Shown one piece after another: positions 11,477 through 21,554 of a DNA stretch of 64,000 bases. The stretch is from Limisphaerales bacterium (GTDB lineage: Bacteria > Verrucomicrobiota > Verrucomicrobiia > Limisphaerales > JAJOIW01). The translations under genes were made by a program, and so were the position numbers. The stretch lies in the NCBI GenBank assembly GCA_965657355.1, contig CBFHOE010000006.1, positions 207,217 to 271,216 of the forward strand, written 5' to 3'. A model generated the notes under the pieces. That model ran no database searches, was not told the origin of the DNA, and saw only the letters and a program-made list of their open reading frames with translations. The first letter of the stretch is position 1. Every line of letters begins with the position of its first letter.

Positions 11477-12288
11477 TACAAAGTGTCTATATAAACGATA
11501 ATTTGGAACACCTTATTGACTCAATACAATCAGTGCTCAATAACACCATATTACCGAAAAATTACATAATAGTTGCCGATGGGCGAATTTCGGATGAAAT
11601 AGACAACTATTTAAAAGACTTGATTAATACACATCAATTAAATCCGAAATTCATTGTGACCCGATTACAAGATAACCAAGGACTAGCTTGTGCCATGAAT
11701 TGTGCCATTGAGCTAACAAATAGCGACCTTGTTGCTAGGATGGATTCGGATGACGTGTGCTTGCCAACTCGATTTGAGAACCAACTTTTTGAATTTGAAA
11801 ATAAAACCTCCTTATCCCTTTGTGGAATGTTTTACGATCAATACGATTATGAAATGAAAATAAAGGTCGGAACGCGAAGCGTGCCCACTACAGACAAACA
11901 AGTTAAAGAAACAATTTTTTTAAAGAATCCTATTAATCATCCAACTCTTATGATGCGACGCCGCGATCTACTCAATATTGGTGGTTATGATACTGATTGT
12001 CTTTTTTTCGAAGACTGGATGTTAGTATTCAAATTTTGGAAGTCTGACCTAAAAATTAAAAATATACCTTTTGTCGGATTGAAGGTTCGTGGTGGATTAG
12101 ATTTTTACAAACGGAGAAAAGGGTACGAATATTGGCGTCATGAAATAAAATTCTTTAAGAAATTATTTCATAAGAATTATATAAAACGACACACTCTTCT
12201 TTTTAATATAGGCTTAAGATTTGTGTTGAGGGTAATATTAGGTAGATACATTAGTTATTTTTACAACTTTTTCGTAAGGCAAAAATGA
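11455..12288 (+). CDS. GT2 glycosyltransferase (AmsE-like)
   Basis: SVYIND, IVADG, NQGLACAMN, ARMDSDDVC, NPINHPT, FFEDW. Confidence 0.88.
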   Translation: MPFEFDIIQSVYINDNLEHLIDSIQSVLNNTILPKNYIIVADGRISDEIDNYLKDLINTHQLNPKFIVTRLQDNQGLACAMNCAIELTNSDLVARMDSDDVCLPTRFENQLFEFENKTSLSLCGMFYDQYDYEMKIKVGTRSVPTTDKQVKETIFLKNPINHPTLMMRRRDLLNIGGYDTDCLFFEDWMLVFKFWKSDLKIKNIPFVGLKVRGGLDFYKRRKGYEYWRHEIKFFKKLFHKNYIKRHTLLFNIGLRFVLRVILGRYISYFYNFFVRQK

Positions 12289-13028
12289 AAATTTTAAAAA
12301 AAGCTATTTGCATAACCTCCGCGTATATTTTCAAACTTATCTGGCATTTTCATTGTAGATTTAATAATAAATCTAAAAGCTGTTTAGTATTCACTGATTC
12401 ACGGGGTTTTTATATTAATGGAATTTTGAATTACAAAAATCCATTTAGGTCGTACATAAATAATGAACTAAAATATAAATTTAAATACAATTTTTGCCCC
12501 CAAAAATCAACAACTTTAATAGACTTTTTATACTCCACAAGAAATTTTAATAAAAATGTTCCGGTTATACTGCATTGCGGAATCGTAGATTTTTCTCCGC
12601 GTAATAAAAAACATACTTATAAAATTCTTAAACGACTAAATAATTTAGCCGAAAAACTAAATCTTCCCGTTTTAGAGTCAAATCCACTTGGGGGATCTTA
12701 TTGTAATGAACTAACGTATAATTTGTATACAATCGATTACTTAAAAAATCACATTATCCATCGCTTGTTAGAGTATAAAAACCTAATCTACATCGGAATA
12801 AACCCGGTAATTTTGGATTGGCGAGGTAATTATTTTAGAGATCGCCCTGATAATATTAATATCATTCTAAAATATAATGAAGTTTTAGTTTCTATGCTTA
12901 GTAGTATTGACATTTCGAAATGGGATGAAAAACAAATAAAGGATTTAACCGTCGATAATATCCATCTATCTGCAAACGGAATGAATTACTTGAAAAGAGA
13001 AGTTAAAAACAAATTAAATAGTCTATGA
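12285..13028 (+). CDS. SGNH/GDSL-like hydrolase-fold protein (possible glycan O-acyl esterase/transferase)
   Basis: Block I-like VFTDSRG, block III-like LHCGIVDF, block V DNIHLSANG. Confidence 0.6.
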   Translation: MKILKKAICITSAYIFKLIWHFHCRFNNKSKSCLVFTDSRGFYINGILNYKNPFRSYINNELKYKFKYNFCPQKSTTLIDFLYSTRNFNKNVPVILHCGIVDFSPRNKKHTYKILKRLNNLAEKLNLPVLESNPLGGSYCNELTYNLYTIDYLKNHIIHRLLEYKNLIYIGINPVILDWRGNYFRDRPDNINIILKYNEVLVSMLSSIDISKWDEKQIKDLTVDNIHLSANGMNYLKREVKNKLNSL

Positions 13029-14263
13029 GTTTTCTAAATTTAAGTAATTTAAAAGTAATATACTGTTTATTGCCATTTGTTTACTATTACAACAAAGTTA
13101 ACAGTAGCCTCCTTTCTAAAATCCTAATTATTTTCATTTATTTACTTATTTGTTTTGATATTTTTGCAAAATTAGGAAATTTCAAGCAATTAAAGACGTG
13201 GTCCCATGTGGTATATTCTGTCTTCTTTTCATATGTATCATACTTATGTGTAAAGGGCTTTAAAAATGACTTTTTATCGACGACCGACACAATAACTTAT
13301 TTTCTAAGTTATATGGTTGTTTTAGCAAGCATTTATATCAATAGTCAAAAGAATAACACAATTGAACAAATTAGAAATTACTACATATATGGGTTGTCTG
13401 GATTGATCCTCATTAACTGGTTTTTATTTCTTTTCGGCATTTATAATTTAAACACTGTAGTAAATGGTGGTAAACTTGGGAACGCCGAAGTTTTAAGTTT
13501 TTATGGATATAATCTGCAGAGAACGCTATTTTATTTCTCGGGTGGCTTTAGCTCCTATTCTATTTTGTGTGCAATAGTGTTGCTATTTTTTTTATGCAAA
13601 TTAAAAAGTCACAAACAATTAAATATATATGAGTTAATAGTAGTTGGAATTTCTTCATCCAGTATTTTACTAAGCGACTCAAGAAATGGGATTATTTCGG
13701 TATTTTGTTGTTGTATTATCATATTTTATAAACAATTAGGCAATATAATTATTATAAGTTCACCGTTTTCTGTTTTTATATTGTTATTTATAGATAATTC
13801 CATTAAATATGGTTCAAACTTTCTTTTTAATACTGCTCGCAGTGAAAGTATTTTAAGTGGTAGGGAATCAATATGGCTAAATTCCATGGAGTTCGTTCAA
13901 CAAAATGTCGAGATGTTCATAGTTGGAAATGGACTATATGGGCAGGCCGCATCAGGTTTATCAATGGCTTCTTATGCACATGGATTCTCTGATTGGAATA
14001 CTGATAGGCCCGAATGGGCATCCCTGCATAACAATTTTTTTCAATTTCTTACTGACATTGGAATTGTTGGTGCAATAATAATTTATATTTTATTATTAAA
14101 ATTCGCATTGAATAAGCGTAATAATTTAGTCTCAGTTGTGCTAATGTCTGTAATTATAATAGGAGGATTCGTTGACGTTACAGTCGGGTTATATGACTTT
14201 GTCCTATTTATTACTTTTTTTTTATTGCTTATGAACAATTATTTATACAAAAGTGCTGAATAA
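13025..14263 (+). CDS. wzy: Wzy polymerase / O-antigen ligase family membrane protein
   Basis: Multi-TM, LLSDSRNG, LSGRESIW, GNGLYG, HNNFFQFLTDIGIVG (Wzy_C-like). Confidence 0.75.
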   Translation: MSFLNLSNLKVIYCLLPFVYYYNKVNSSLLSKILIIFIYLLICFDIFAKLGNFKQLKTWSHVVYSVFFSYVSYLCVKGFKNDFLSTTDTITYFLSYMVVLASIYINSQKNNTIEQIRNYYIYGLSGLILINWFLFLFGIYNLNTVVNGGKLGNAEVLSFYGYNLQRTLFYFSGGFSSYSILCAIVLLFFLCKLKSHKQLNIYELIVVGISSSSILLSDSRNGIISVFCCCIIIFYKQLGNIIIISSPFSVFILLFIDNSIKYGSNFLFNTARSESILSGRESIWLNSMEFVQQNVEMFIVGNGLYGQAASGLSMASYAHGFSDWNTDRPEWASLHNNFFQFLTDIGIVGAIIIYILLLKFALNKRNNLVSVVLMSVIIIGGFVDVTVGLYDFVLFITFFLLLMNNYLYKSAE

Positions 14264-15068
14264 GCTACATTTAACATTTTATAGTGTAATTTTTCTATAT
14301 TTTCAAATCCACGGAATTATACTCTTCCGTAATTATAATGATGTATGGCTCCAGTATGTTGTGTGTGGATTTATCATCAGTTTGGTTTACAATTCGGAAA
14401 GTCGGCTTGAAAAAATCTTGAATTACTTTTTAGAAAAGGCATACATATTTGTTTTTCCTTTAACGATCTTGGGTTTCTTTTATTTTTCATATTTTGGAAT
14501 AACAAAAATTTCTGTTTTTTTAATTACATTAACCAGTATTTTATGTTGTAAATTGTTATTAAGTAATTCTAAATATTACTATGCTCCTTTAACAATTATA
14601 GCGCTATCCATTTTAATATATCCTGATATTATTAGTGTCACGACAATTGCAGTACTTAAAAATGTCGTGGTTTATTTAGTCACTGAGTGTTGTTTAACAC
14701 TTGGTGTGCCAATTAAAGTAATTGGCGTTAAAATTATAAACAGTGGATACATTTTATCGGTGGATGATACATGTTCGGGTTACACCTCCTTCACTACAGC
14801 AATTAATTTTGTAATACTCTTTACCGTTCTATTTAACTTTAAATTAAGTTCAACGCTTTTATACTTCAGTCTTTGCATGCCTTTAATAATTTTATCCAAT
14901 GTCGCTCGAATCGTTATTATAATCAACAGAACTTTGGTAGATAAAGCTTTGAACATTCAAAAATTCCATGATGATACTGGGGTTATGATGATGGTTCTTA
15001 ATCTAACGGTAATCGCTACACTAGGATATTTTTTAAATAAATACGTAAATGAAAAATCTCATTGTTAA
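14253..15068 (+). CDS. Exosortase/archaeosortase-family transpeptidase
   Basis: Multi-TM with catalytic triad motifs VDDTCSG (Cys), SNVARIV (Arg), FHDDTG (His). Confidence 0.8.
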   Translation: MLNKLHLTFYSVIFLYFQIHGIILFRNYNDVWLQYVVCGFIISLVYNSESRLEKILNYFLEKAYIFVFPLTILGFFYFSYFGITKISVFLITLTSILCCKLLLSNSKYYYAPLTIIALSILIYPDIISVTTIAVLKNVVVYLVTECCLTLGVPIKVIGVKIINSGYILSVDDTCSGYTSFTTAINFVILFTVLFNFKLSSTLLYFSLCMPLIILSNVARIVIIINRTLVDKALNIQKFHDDTGVMMMVLNLTVIATLGYFLNKYVNEKSHC

Positions 15069-15876
15069 ATGTCTCCGAGCTTTAATAAACAACAAGGTTA
15101 TTAATTCAGCTATCTTAGACAAAAAACTGTTTACTGAAAAGCAAATGAAAATATACGAACTTCGTAATGCTTTTTATGATAAAAGGTGTATTATAATTGG
15201 CAATGGGCCAAGTTTAAATAAGTGTGATCTTTCTTTTATACAAAAGGAGTATTCCTTTGGGGTTAATGGAATTTTTTACAAAACGGATGAATCACAATTT
15301 AAACCCACTTTCTACACTGTAGAGGACAGCCATGTAATGAAAGAAAATGTCCAACGTATCAGAGACTACGAGGTGAGTTACAAATTTTTTCCCACAAATT
15401 ACGCTAAATACTTTAAAAATGAAAATCAGAAAAATTTATATTTTTTCAACATGAATCGGGGTTTTTACGAACCTAGTAGCAAGCATTACGAAGAACCTTT
15501 AATAAGTTCTGATTGCAGTGAGATTATTTATTGCGGTCAATCAGTTACAATTATTAATATACAAATGGCTTTGTATTTAGGTTTCAAGGAAATTTATCTT
15601 ATAGGCATGGACTTTAACTATGAAATTCCAGATTCCGCAATTGTAAAAAATCAAGACATTACCTCAACCGAAGATGACGTAAATCATTTCCACCCCGATT
15701 ATTTTGGGAAAGGCAAAAGTTGGCACGACCCAAAATTGCATAATGTTTTAAAGTCATACGAACATTTGCATGAACATGGAAAAAAATCTGGTGTGTCAAT
15801 TTATAATGCCACAGTGGGTGGCAAATTAGAAGTATTTCCAAGAGTTGATTATAATGAAACGTTCTCCTCTTCTTAG
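15049..15876 (+). CDS. DUF115/MptE-like (Maf/CstII-related) putative CMP-sugar transferase
   Basis: CIIIGNGPSLN, FGVNGIF, QMALYLGFKEIYLIGMDF, NHFHPDYFGKGKSW, IYNATVGGKLEVFPRV. Confidence 0.75.
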   Translation: MKNLIVKCLRALINNKVINSAILDKKLFTEKQMKIYELRNAFYDKRCIIIGNGPSLNKCDLSFIQKEYSFGVNGIFYKTDESQFKPTFYTVEDSHVMKENVQRIRDYEVSYKFFPTNYAKYFKNENQKNLYFFNMNRGFYEPSSKHYEEPLISSDCSEIIYCGQSVTIINIQMALYLGFKEIYLIGMDFNYEIPDSAIVKNQDITSTEDDVNHFHPDYFGKGKSWHDPKLHNVLKSYEHLHEHGKKSGVSIYNATVGGKLEVFPRVDYNETFSSS

Positions 15877-16702
15877 TTGTATAATAACCACACGTGATAA
15901 AATTGAGTTAATTTATGAATTTTTACGTGTTATTGATCTTGAAATAAACAAAGATCTTATTCAGGTTATAATTGTCCTTCAGGGAGATTTAGAGCCTGAT
16001 TTTGAATCTTTTAAATATTTAGATTTAGTTACTATAAAAACCGGTCACCTGTCTTTGAGCCAAGCAAGAAACAAGGGACTGGCCTATGCATGTGGAAAAT
16101 ATTTATCTTTTCCGGATGATGATTGTGTTTATGATAGATTATTAATTAACAAATTAATTTATTTAGATCAAATCTATAAAAAAACTTCATTTGTTGGGGG
16201 ACTTTATATTGATGGATGTCGGCAGCATGATTTTAGTATCGCTAACTATAAAGACCTGAAGGCTTTAAAAAAAATTGATTACATCGATCAAATAACAAGT
16301 GTCACTTTGTTCATCAACAAAGAAGTTATGTGCCCATTTGATGAAGAATTTGGACTAGGCGGTACTTACCCCTCCTGTGAGGAATTTATATTAACGCAAC
16401 ACCTAATAGACAAAAACCATCCTATTCGGCAATCACGGGAATTGAAAGTTTTTCATCCTTACACTCACTATAGCGATGGTCGTATCATAAAAAGCAGCTA
16501 TGGGCATGGGGCGTTCATTGCCCAATCGGTTAAAAATTATGGTCTTTTCAATCCAATAACTTTTTGCGCTATATGGAGTCTCTTTTTAAGGAACATTTTT
16601 GCTATTTTTCTTCTTAAGTTTGGTAGGATAGGTATATATAAAAGGTGGTTGTTTTTAAAATATAGAATCTTGGGTTTTTACCATTATGTTAAAAACATTT
16701 AA
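15845..16702 (+). CDS. GT2 glycosyltransferase
   Basis: LSCIITT, LSQARNKGL, SFPDDDC, FDEEFGLG. Confidence 0.85.
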   Translation: MIIMKRSPLLSCIITTRDKIELIYEFLRVIDLEINKDLIQVIIVLQGDLEPDFESFKYLDLVTIKTGHLSLSQARNKGLAYACGKYLSFPDDDCVYDRLLINKLIYLDQIYKKTSFVGGLYIDGCRQHDFSIANYKDLKALKKIDYIDQITSVTLFINKEVMCPFDEEFGLGGTYPSCEEFILTQHLIDKNHPIRQSRELKVFHPYTHYSDGRIIKSSYGHGAFIAQSVKNYGLFNPITFCAIWSLFLRNIFAIFLLKFGRIGIYKRWLFLKYRILGFYHYVKNI

Positions 16703-17360
16703 AGTTTTCCTTTTTTTTAATTCGTTTGCAATTGTGATTACTTTTATTTTTTCACAATTCATAAATTTTTCCCCTTCTAACACGAATTTGGAACTATATG
16801 AATCACTTGTTTCTAATGTTAATAGCAGTAAAGATTTATTTTTAAGTGCCGGTGAGATTCGAATACTGAACCCGAGCAAATTTAAGTACTTCGAAGGCCA
16901 TACATCAAACAATCATAACATACATAATATATTAATAATTCATTGGTCCCAAAAAAACTCAATTGGGAATCAATTCTTGACGCATACCCCTGATGTTTGT
17001 CTGATAGACTCTGGTTGGAATTACGCAAGGAGTATTTCAAATAATTTTAAGTCCTTAAAAGCAAACATATATACTGACCCAATTAACAATGAGGAGTACA
17101 TTGTGGCGTGGATAACTGTCGTCGGTAAGACAAAACTAACATTGCAAAATTCTAATAGTATTCTTAAAGATCGCATGTATAAGTTAAGTGAAAAACTATC
17201 TCGTCTGAAAGGGCTGTTGGGGCTAATTATTAACGGTGAAAACGTAAAAGACAGTGAAAAAATTTATTTTAGAATAATTACAAGAAACAATACGGATTTT
17301 TTGGTCGATCTGAAATATTTCGATGAAGCTTTTAATAAGTTTTTGTCAAAAAATAAATGA
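16686..17360 (+). CDS. Exosortase-associated EpsI-family protein
   Basis: N-terminal anchor and THTPDVCLIDSGW (HxPxxCxxxxGW) motif; lies near the exosortase. Confidence 0.7.
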   Translation: MLKTFKVFLFFNSFAIVITFIFSQFINFSPSNTNLELYESLVSNVNSSKDLFLSAGEIRILNPSKFKYFEGHTSNNHNIHNILIIHWSQKNSIGNQFLTHTPDVCLIDSGWNYARSISNNFKSLKANIYTDPINNEEYIVAWITVVGKTKLTLQNSNSILKDRMYKLSEKLSRLKGLLGLIINGENVKDSEKIYFRIITRNNTDFLVDLKYFDEAFNKFLSKNK

Positions 17361-17581
17361 AATGCATACGAAATTGTTTTTTGAAAGTATTATATGGATT
17401 ATAAATAAATCTAAAGGTGAAATTTGGTAGCATGGAAAGTTATAACTGGATTTACTGAAAAATGTATCTCCCGATCCGAAAATAGGAAAAAGTATCGTTA
17501 TTTTTTATTACATTATTTGCATTATTGCGAGAAGTTATCAGTATTTGGTTCTCAGGTCACTAGATGTAATAGAATTAAAGT

Positions 17582-18994
17582 ATGTATTATGGAAAAAATT
17601 TAGATAAGATGTATTCAATAAGCCAAGTACAAAGTAATATACGTAGAGATCAATTTCAAAAATTACTAATCTATTTTTTAGTATTAGGGGACATTTTGTT
17701 TTTATTTATTTCGCTATCTTTAGCCTACCTTTTACGATATCACATTGATTATGGTTTTCTCCAGTATTTAAAACCCTTCAATTCCCATGAGGTATTTATG
17801 TCCCAGATCATATTGGGTGTCTCTCTCTTCTTAATTTTGGCAATGAAAGAAAATTTTTATTTGAAGGAAAACTTTGTTGATTGGGATAGGCAATATTATG
17901 TTCTTATAAGAATAATTTTCTACTGGATTATTATTTATCTTTGTATAAGTTTTTCATTCAGAATACATCCACCTATATCCCGGGTCTACCTTATTTATGG
18001 CACCTGCATTTCGTTTATAAGCCTCTTTATTTATCGCGTAGTATTTAAAAAATTTATATTAGAAAAATTTGCTAACTCCATCAAGTATAATGTGGCTATA
18101 TATTTAGATGACAAAGAATCCATTCAATCGATATCCGAAAACCTATCCCAAAATAATGTATTTAATGTTGTATTTATTGAGAATACTAATTCAATTAATA
18201 AAACTTGTTTTGAGAAGAATTTAATCGAAAACAAAGTCGACATCGCTATAACAAAAATGAGTTTATTAAACCAGGATGTTTACCTTAGTGCCCGGAAACT
18301 CTTCATTGATCTGTATTTTGAAAATGAAATTTCCACACTGTTTAAAATTAAATTAGACAATATCAACGTTTCAAAAAATTTGTTACTGCGCATCAAAGAA
18401 TCTCCCTTAGGCTCATACCATAATTTATTGCTAAAAAGGTGCATCGACCTCATCGGTTCTGTTATCGGTCTGTTTATTTCTTTGCCAGTTTCATTGGTCG
18501 TTGCAACCTTAATATATCTTGAAGACAAAGGTCCTGTTATTTTCAAACAAGAAAGAATTGGCAAAAATGGCAAACCTTTCTATATGTACAAATTTCGAAG
18601 TATGAAACTGGGAAGTGAGAAAATGGATAATAATTCTCAGTCAACCCTTAGAAATGATACTCGTTTATTAAAAATTGGTGAACTAATTAGGAAATATAAT
18701 ATAGACGAAATCCCTCAGTTTTTTAATGTTTTTACTGGTAACATGAGTTTAGTAGGGCCACGACCAGAACGCACTTTCCACTCAGCGCAACTTTCTGATT
18801 CAATTCGGGAGTATAATGCTAGATATTTGGTAAAGCCTGGAATGAGTGGTCTTGCGCAAATAAATGGATTCAGGGGAAACACCGATCTTCAAGAGCGGAT
18901 CAAATATGATCTGGTATATCAACAAAACTGGAATTTACTCCTAGATTTTTACATAATGATTAAAACTTTGCTGGGAAATAAAAACGCCTATTAA
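17582..18994 (+). CDS. Priming undecaprenyl-phosphate hexose-1-phosphate transferase (WcaJ-like)
   Basis: Four N-terminal TMs, KRCIDL, FKQERIG, YKFRSM, DEIPQFFNV, MSLVGPRPE, VKPGMSGLAQING. Confidence 0.9.
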   Translation: MYYGKNLDKMYSISQVQSNIRRDQFQKLLIYFLVLGDILFLFISLSLAYLLRYHIDYGFLQYLKPFNSHEVFMSQIILGVSLFLILAMKENFYLKENFVDWDRQYYVLIRIIFYWIIIYLCISFSFRIHPPISRVYLIYGTCISFISLFIYRVVFKKFILEKFANSIKYNVAIYLDDKESIQSISENLSQNNVFNVVFIENTNSINKTCFEKNLIENKVDIAITKMSLLNQDVYLSARKLFIDLYFENEISTLFKIKLDNINVSKNLLLRIKESPLGSYHNLLLKRCIDLIGSVIGLFISLPVSLVVATLIYLEDKGPVIFKQERIGKNGKPFYMYKFRSMKLGSEKMDNNSQSTLRNDTRLLKIGELIRKYNIDEIPQFFNVFTGNMSLVGPRPERTFHSAQLSDSIREYNARYLVKPGMSGLAQINGFRGNTDLQERIKYDLVYQQNWNLLLDFYIMIKTLLGNKNAY

Positions 18995-19211
18995 GCAACG
19001 GCGCACTTTCAAAAATTAAATATTTTATTTAATTGCATAATTGTCTTGATTAAGTAAACAGCCCATTTTGTATTACATAAATTTGAAAATTTGTTGTTTG
19101 TAATTCAAGTCTCTCTTGAGTTGTTAAGGGTTTAAAGATTTTGTTTTTAAATATTAAATTGTATTGAAGTAAAACCTTACAAGGATTTTTGTGAAAATAC
19201 CGGGAGTAAGT

Positions 19212-20237
19212 ATGCAAATTATAGTGTCAGGTGGGGCAGGATTTATAGGCTCCAATTTAGTTCGTTATCTTGTAAATGATATCGGGGCCGAGGTGTGTAA
19301 TATTGATAAGCTGACTTATGCTGGCAATAAGCATTCGCTTTCTGATCTTAATAATTCGGACCAACATCGACTTGTTGTATTGGATATATGTTCGACTCCC
19401 AAAGTCTCTTCAGTTTTCTCTGAATTCCAACCTGATTATGTGATGCATTTGGCAGCTGAGTCACACGTGGACCGTTCGATTGATGGGCCTTGTGAATTTA
19501 TTCAAACAAATGTCGTTGGAACTTACTCAATGCTTCAAGCAGCCCGTGGGTATTATGAAAATTTAGAGGGCGAGAAAAAATCCAACTTTCGATTTTTACA
19601 TGTATCCACCGATGAAGTTTATGGAAGCTTAGGTGATACGGGCGTCTTTAAAGAAACGACTCCATATAGCCCTCGCTCTCCTTATTCTGCATCTAAAGCA
19701 TCTTCTGATCATCTGGTAAGAGCCTGGGGTGAGACATTCAAGCTCCCTGTGATTGTCACAAATTGTTCCAATAATTATGGGCCATTTCAATTTCCCGAAA
19801 AACTTATACCCGTCGTCATACATAAGGCAATTGCTGGTGAACCCATCCCTGTCTATGGCAAAGGGCAAAATGTGAGGGATTGGCTCTATGTACAAGATCA
19901 TTGCACAGCTTTATATTCAGTTCTGACAAAAGGTAAATTGGGTGAGACATATAATATCGGTGGAGAGAATGAGAGGAGAAATATTGATTTGGTCAATGAC
20001 ATTTGCACATGTCTTGATGAGCTATCTCCCAGAAAAGATGGAAAAAGTTATTCGGAGCAAATCACTTTTGTTACCGACAGACCTGGCCATGATTTTCGCT
20101 ATGCCATGGATATTTCAAAGATTTCATCAGAATTGGGCTGGACTCCAAAAGAGGATTCCGTTTCGGGTTTGAGGAAAACTATAGAGTGGTATTTGGATAA
20201 TGAACAATGGGTCAGGCTTTGTTTAGAAAAAGTCTGA
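19212..20237 (+). CDS. rfbB: dTDP-glucose 4,6-dehydratase
   Basis: [57 protein letters not shown] at 19212. Confidence 0.96.
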   Translation: MQIIVSGGAGFIGSNLVRYLVNDIGAEVCNIDKLTYAGNKHSLSDLNNSDQHRLVVLDICSTPKVSSVFSEFQPDYVMHLAAESHVDRSIDGPCEFIQTNVVGTYSMLQAARGYYENLEGEKKSNFRFLHVSTDEVYGSLGDTGVFKETTPYSPRSPYSASKASSDHLVRAWGETFKLPVIVTNCSNNYGPFQFPEKLIPVVIHKAIAGEPIPVYGKGQNVRDWLYVQDHCTALYSVLTKGKLGETYNIGGENERRNIDLVNDICTCLDELSPRKDGKSYSEQITFVTDRPGHDFRYAMDISKISSELGWTPKEDSVSGLRKTIEWYLDNEQWVRLCLEKV

Positions 20238-20240
20238 CCC

Positions 20241-20682
20241 ATTGTTCATTCGTTATTGGTTATTAGTGATTTGTTACTGGTGCCCGTCCTCGCTTCGCGA
20301 GCATCAGTAAAGTTAAAGACAACTAACTGAGTGCGAAGGCCTGCAGTGTTTAAGAATAGTATAAATTTAATGACTTTATAAACCCTGAAAGGGTTAGACA
20401 CATTAACCCAGGTCAGAGCTCTGAAAGGGCGATACAAAAATATAAGAATATGACGCCCATACAGGGCTAGCCTTTATACTGATCTTTATACCCAGGGCGT
20501 TGCCCTGGGCTGGTATGTTTAACCCCTCGGGGGTGGATGTTGTTATACACTTGAGTTATTCCAGTCGACTATAGCGGTTAAAGAAGGGTAAACATTTTCA
20601 TTGATTTCAGAATGGGGACAGGGGTGCCCTCGCTGCCTTAACGCTAACCACCAATAACCAATCACAATTAACGAGTAACTGA
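20241..20682. repeat. Heptamer-array inverted arms enclosing a REP-like palindrome cluster
   Basis: Left CGTTATTGGTTATTAGTGATTTGTTACTGG (to 20280); right CTAACCACCAATAACCAATCACAATTAACGAG (from 20644). Confidence 0.6.
20381..20535. repeat. REP-like palindrome cluster
   Basis: AACCCTGAAAGGGTT (20381), GCTCTGAAAGGGC (20418), GCCCATACAGGGC (20455), CCCAGGGCGTTGCCCTGGG (20491), ACCCCTCGGGGGT (20522). Confidence 0.7.
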
Positions 20683-20715
20683 AGTTGGTCTGCAACTTCA
20701 TCAGCGAAGCGAACG

Positions 20716-21306
20716 ATGAGCCAATTTACTGAATTTTCACCAGGGCGTCCATTTGATCCAAATAAGATTAGGAGTGAATTTAGTCACCTGGGCGAAAATA
20801 CCAAAATATTTCCCGGTTGTCGTATAGTTCCCGCCTCTCTGGTTTCAGTTGGAGATTATTCACAGATTGATGAAGGTGTTTATATATTTGCTGGAGAAGG
20901 TGTCGAGATCGGGAGAAATGTTCACTTGGCAGCCTGCTCTACTATTTCTGGTGGAGGCAAATGTTCAATCGATGATTTCGCAGGTATTGGAGTTGGGGTA
21001 AGGCTCATTACCGGATCCGAAGATCCGCATGGTGGTGGGCTTACAAATCCAACAATACCTGAGGAATATCGCTCTGTCACTCGTGGTGAAATTACTATTG
21101 CAAAACATGCTTTAGTCTTTACAAATTCTGTTGTATTTCCAGGTGTAACCATAGGTGAAGGCGCAGTTGTTTCTGCAGGGAGTATAGTCCATAAAAATCT
21201 GGAGCCATGGACAATATATGCAGGTAATCCGCTTGTGGCTGTGGGAAAAAGGAATAGAGAGGAAATTTTAGAAACAAGCAAAAAGTTCCTCTCTATTCCT
21301 CGTTAA
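20716..21306 (+). CDS. Left-handed beta-helix acyltransferase (likely dTDP-aminosugar N-acyltransferase)
   Basis: Hexapeptide repeats, VFPGVTIGEGAVVSAGSIV, IYAGNP; lies between rfbB and rfbA. Confidence 0.82.
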   Translation: MSQFTEFSPGRPFDPNKIRSEFSHLGENTKIFPGCRIVPASLVSVGDYSQIDEGVYIFAGEGVEIGRNVHLAACSTISGGGKCSIDDFAGIGVGVRLITGSEDPHGGGLTNPTIPEEYRSVTRGEITIAKHALVFTNSVVFPGVTIGEGAVVSAGSIVHKNLEPWTIYAGNPLVAVGKRNREEILETSKKFLSIPR

Positions 21307-21318
21307 TGAGTCAAGTAT

Positions 21319-21524
21319 TTCATTTGTTCCTTTGTGATTGTCCTCGCCGTGCGAGCGGAACTCTTTTTGGTAGGGTGTATTTTTCAAATCGTTATTAATT
21401 TTGATTTACTTGTGCTTAGTGAAGATACCATGTTTGTGTCTAGTTAGCTTGGGAGCAGAGATTTTTATTATACATACCGCGAGCTTTGCGAGGAGAATCA
21501 CGAATTGATGAATCAACAAATGAA
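21319..21524. repeat. MITE-like spacer bounded by imperfect inverted repeats
   Basis: TTCATTTGTT..GTGATTGTCCTCGC (21319-21347) pairs with GCGAGGAGAATCAC..AACAAATGAA (21488-21524). Confidence 0.6.
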
Positions 21525-21554
21525 CCAATTATCGAAATTTTTTATCTTTAAAAA

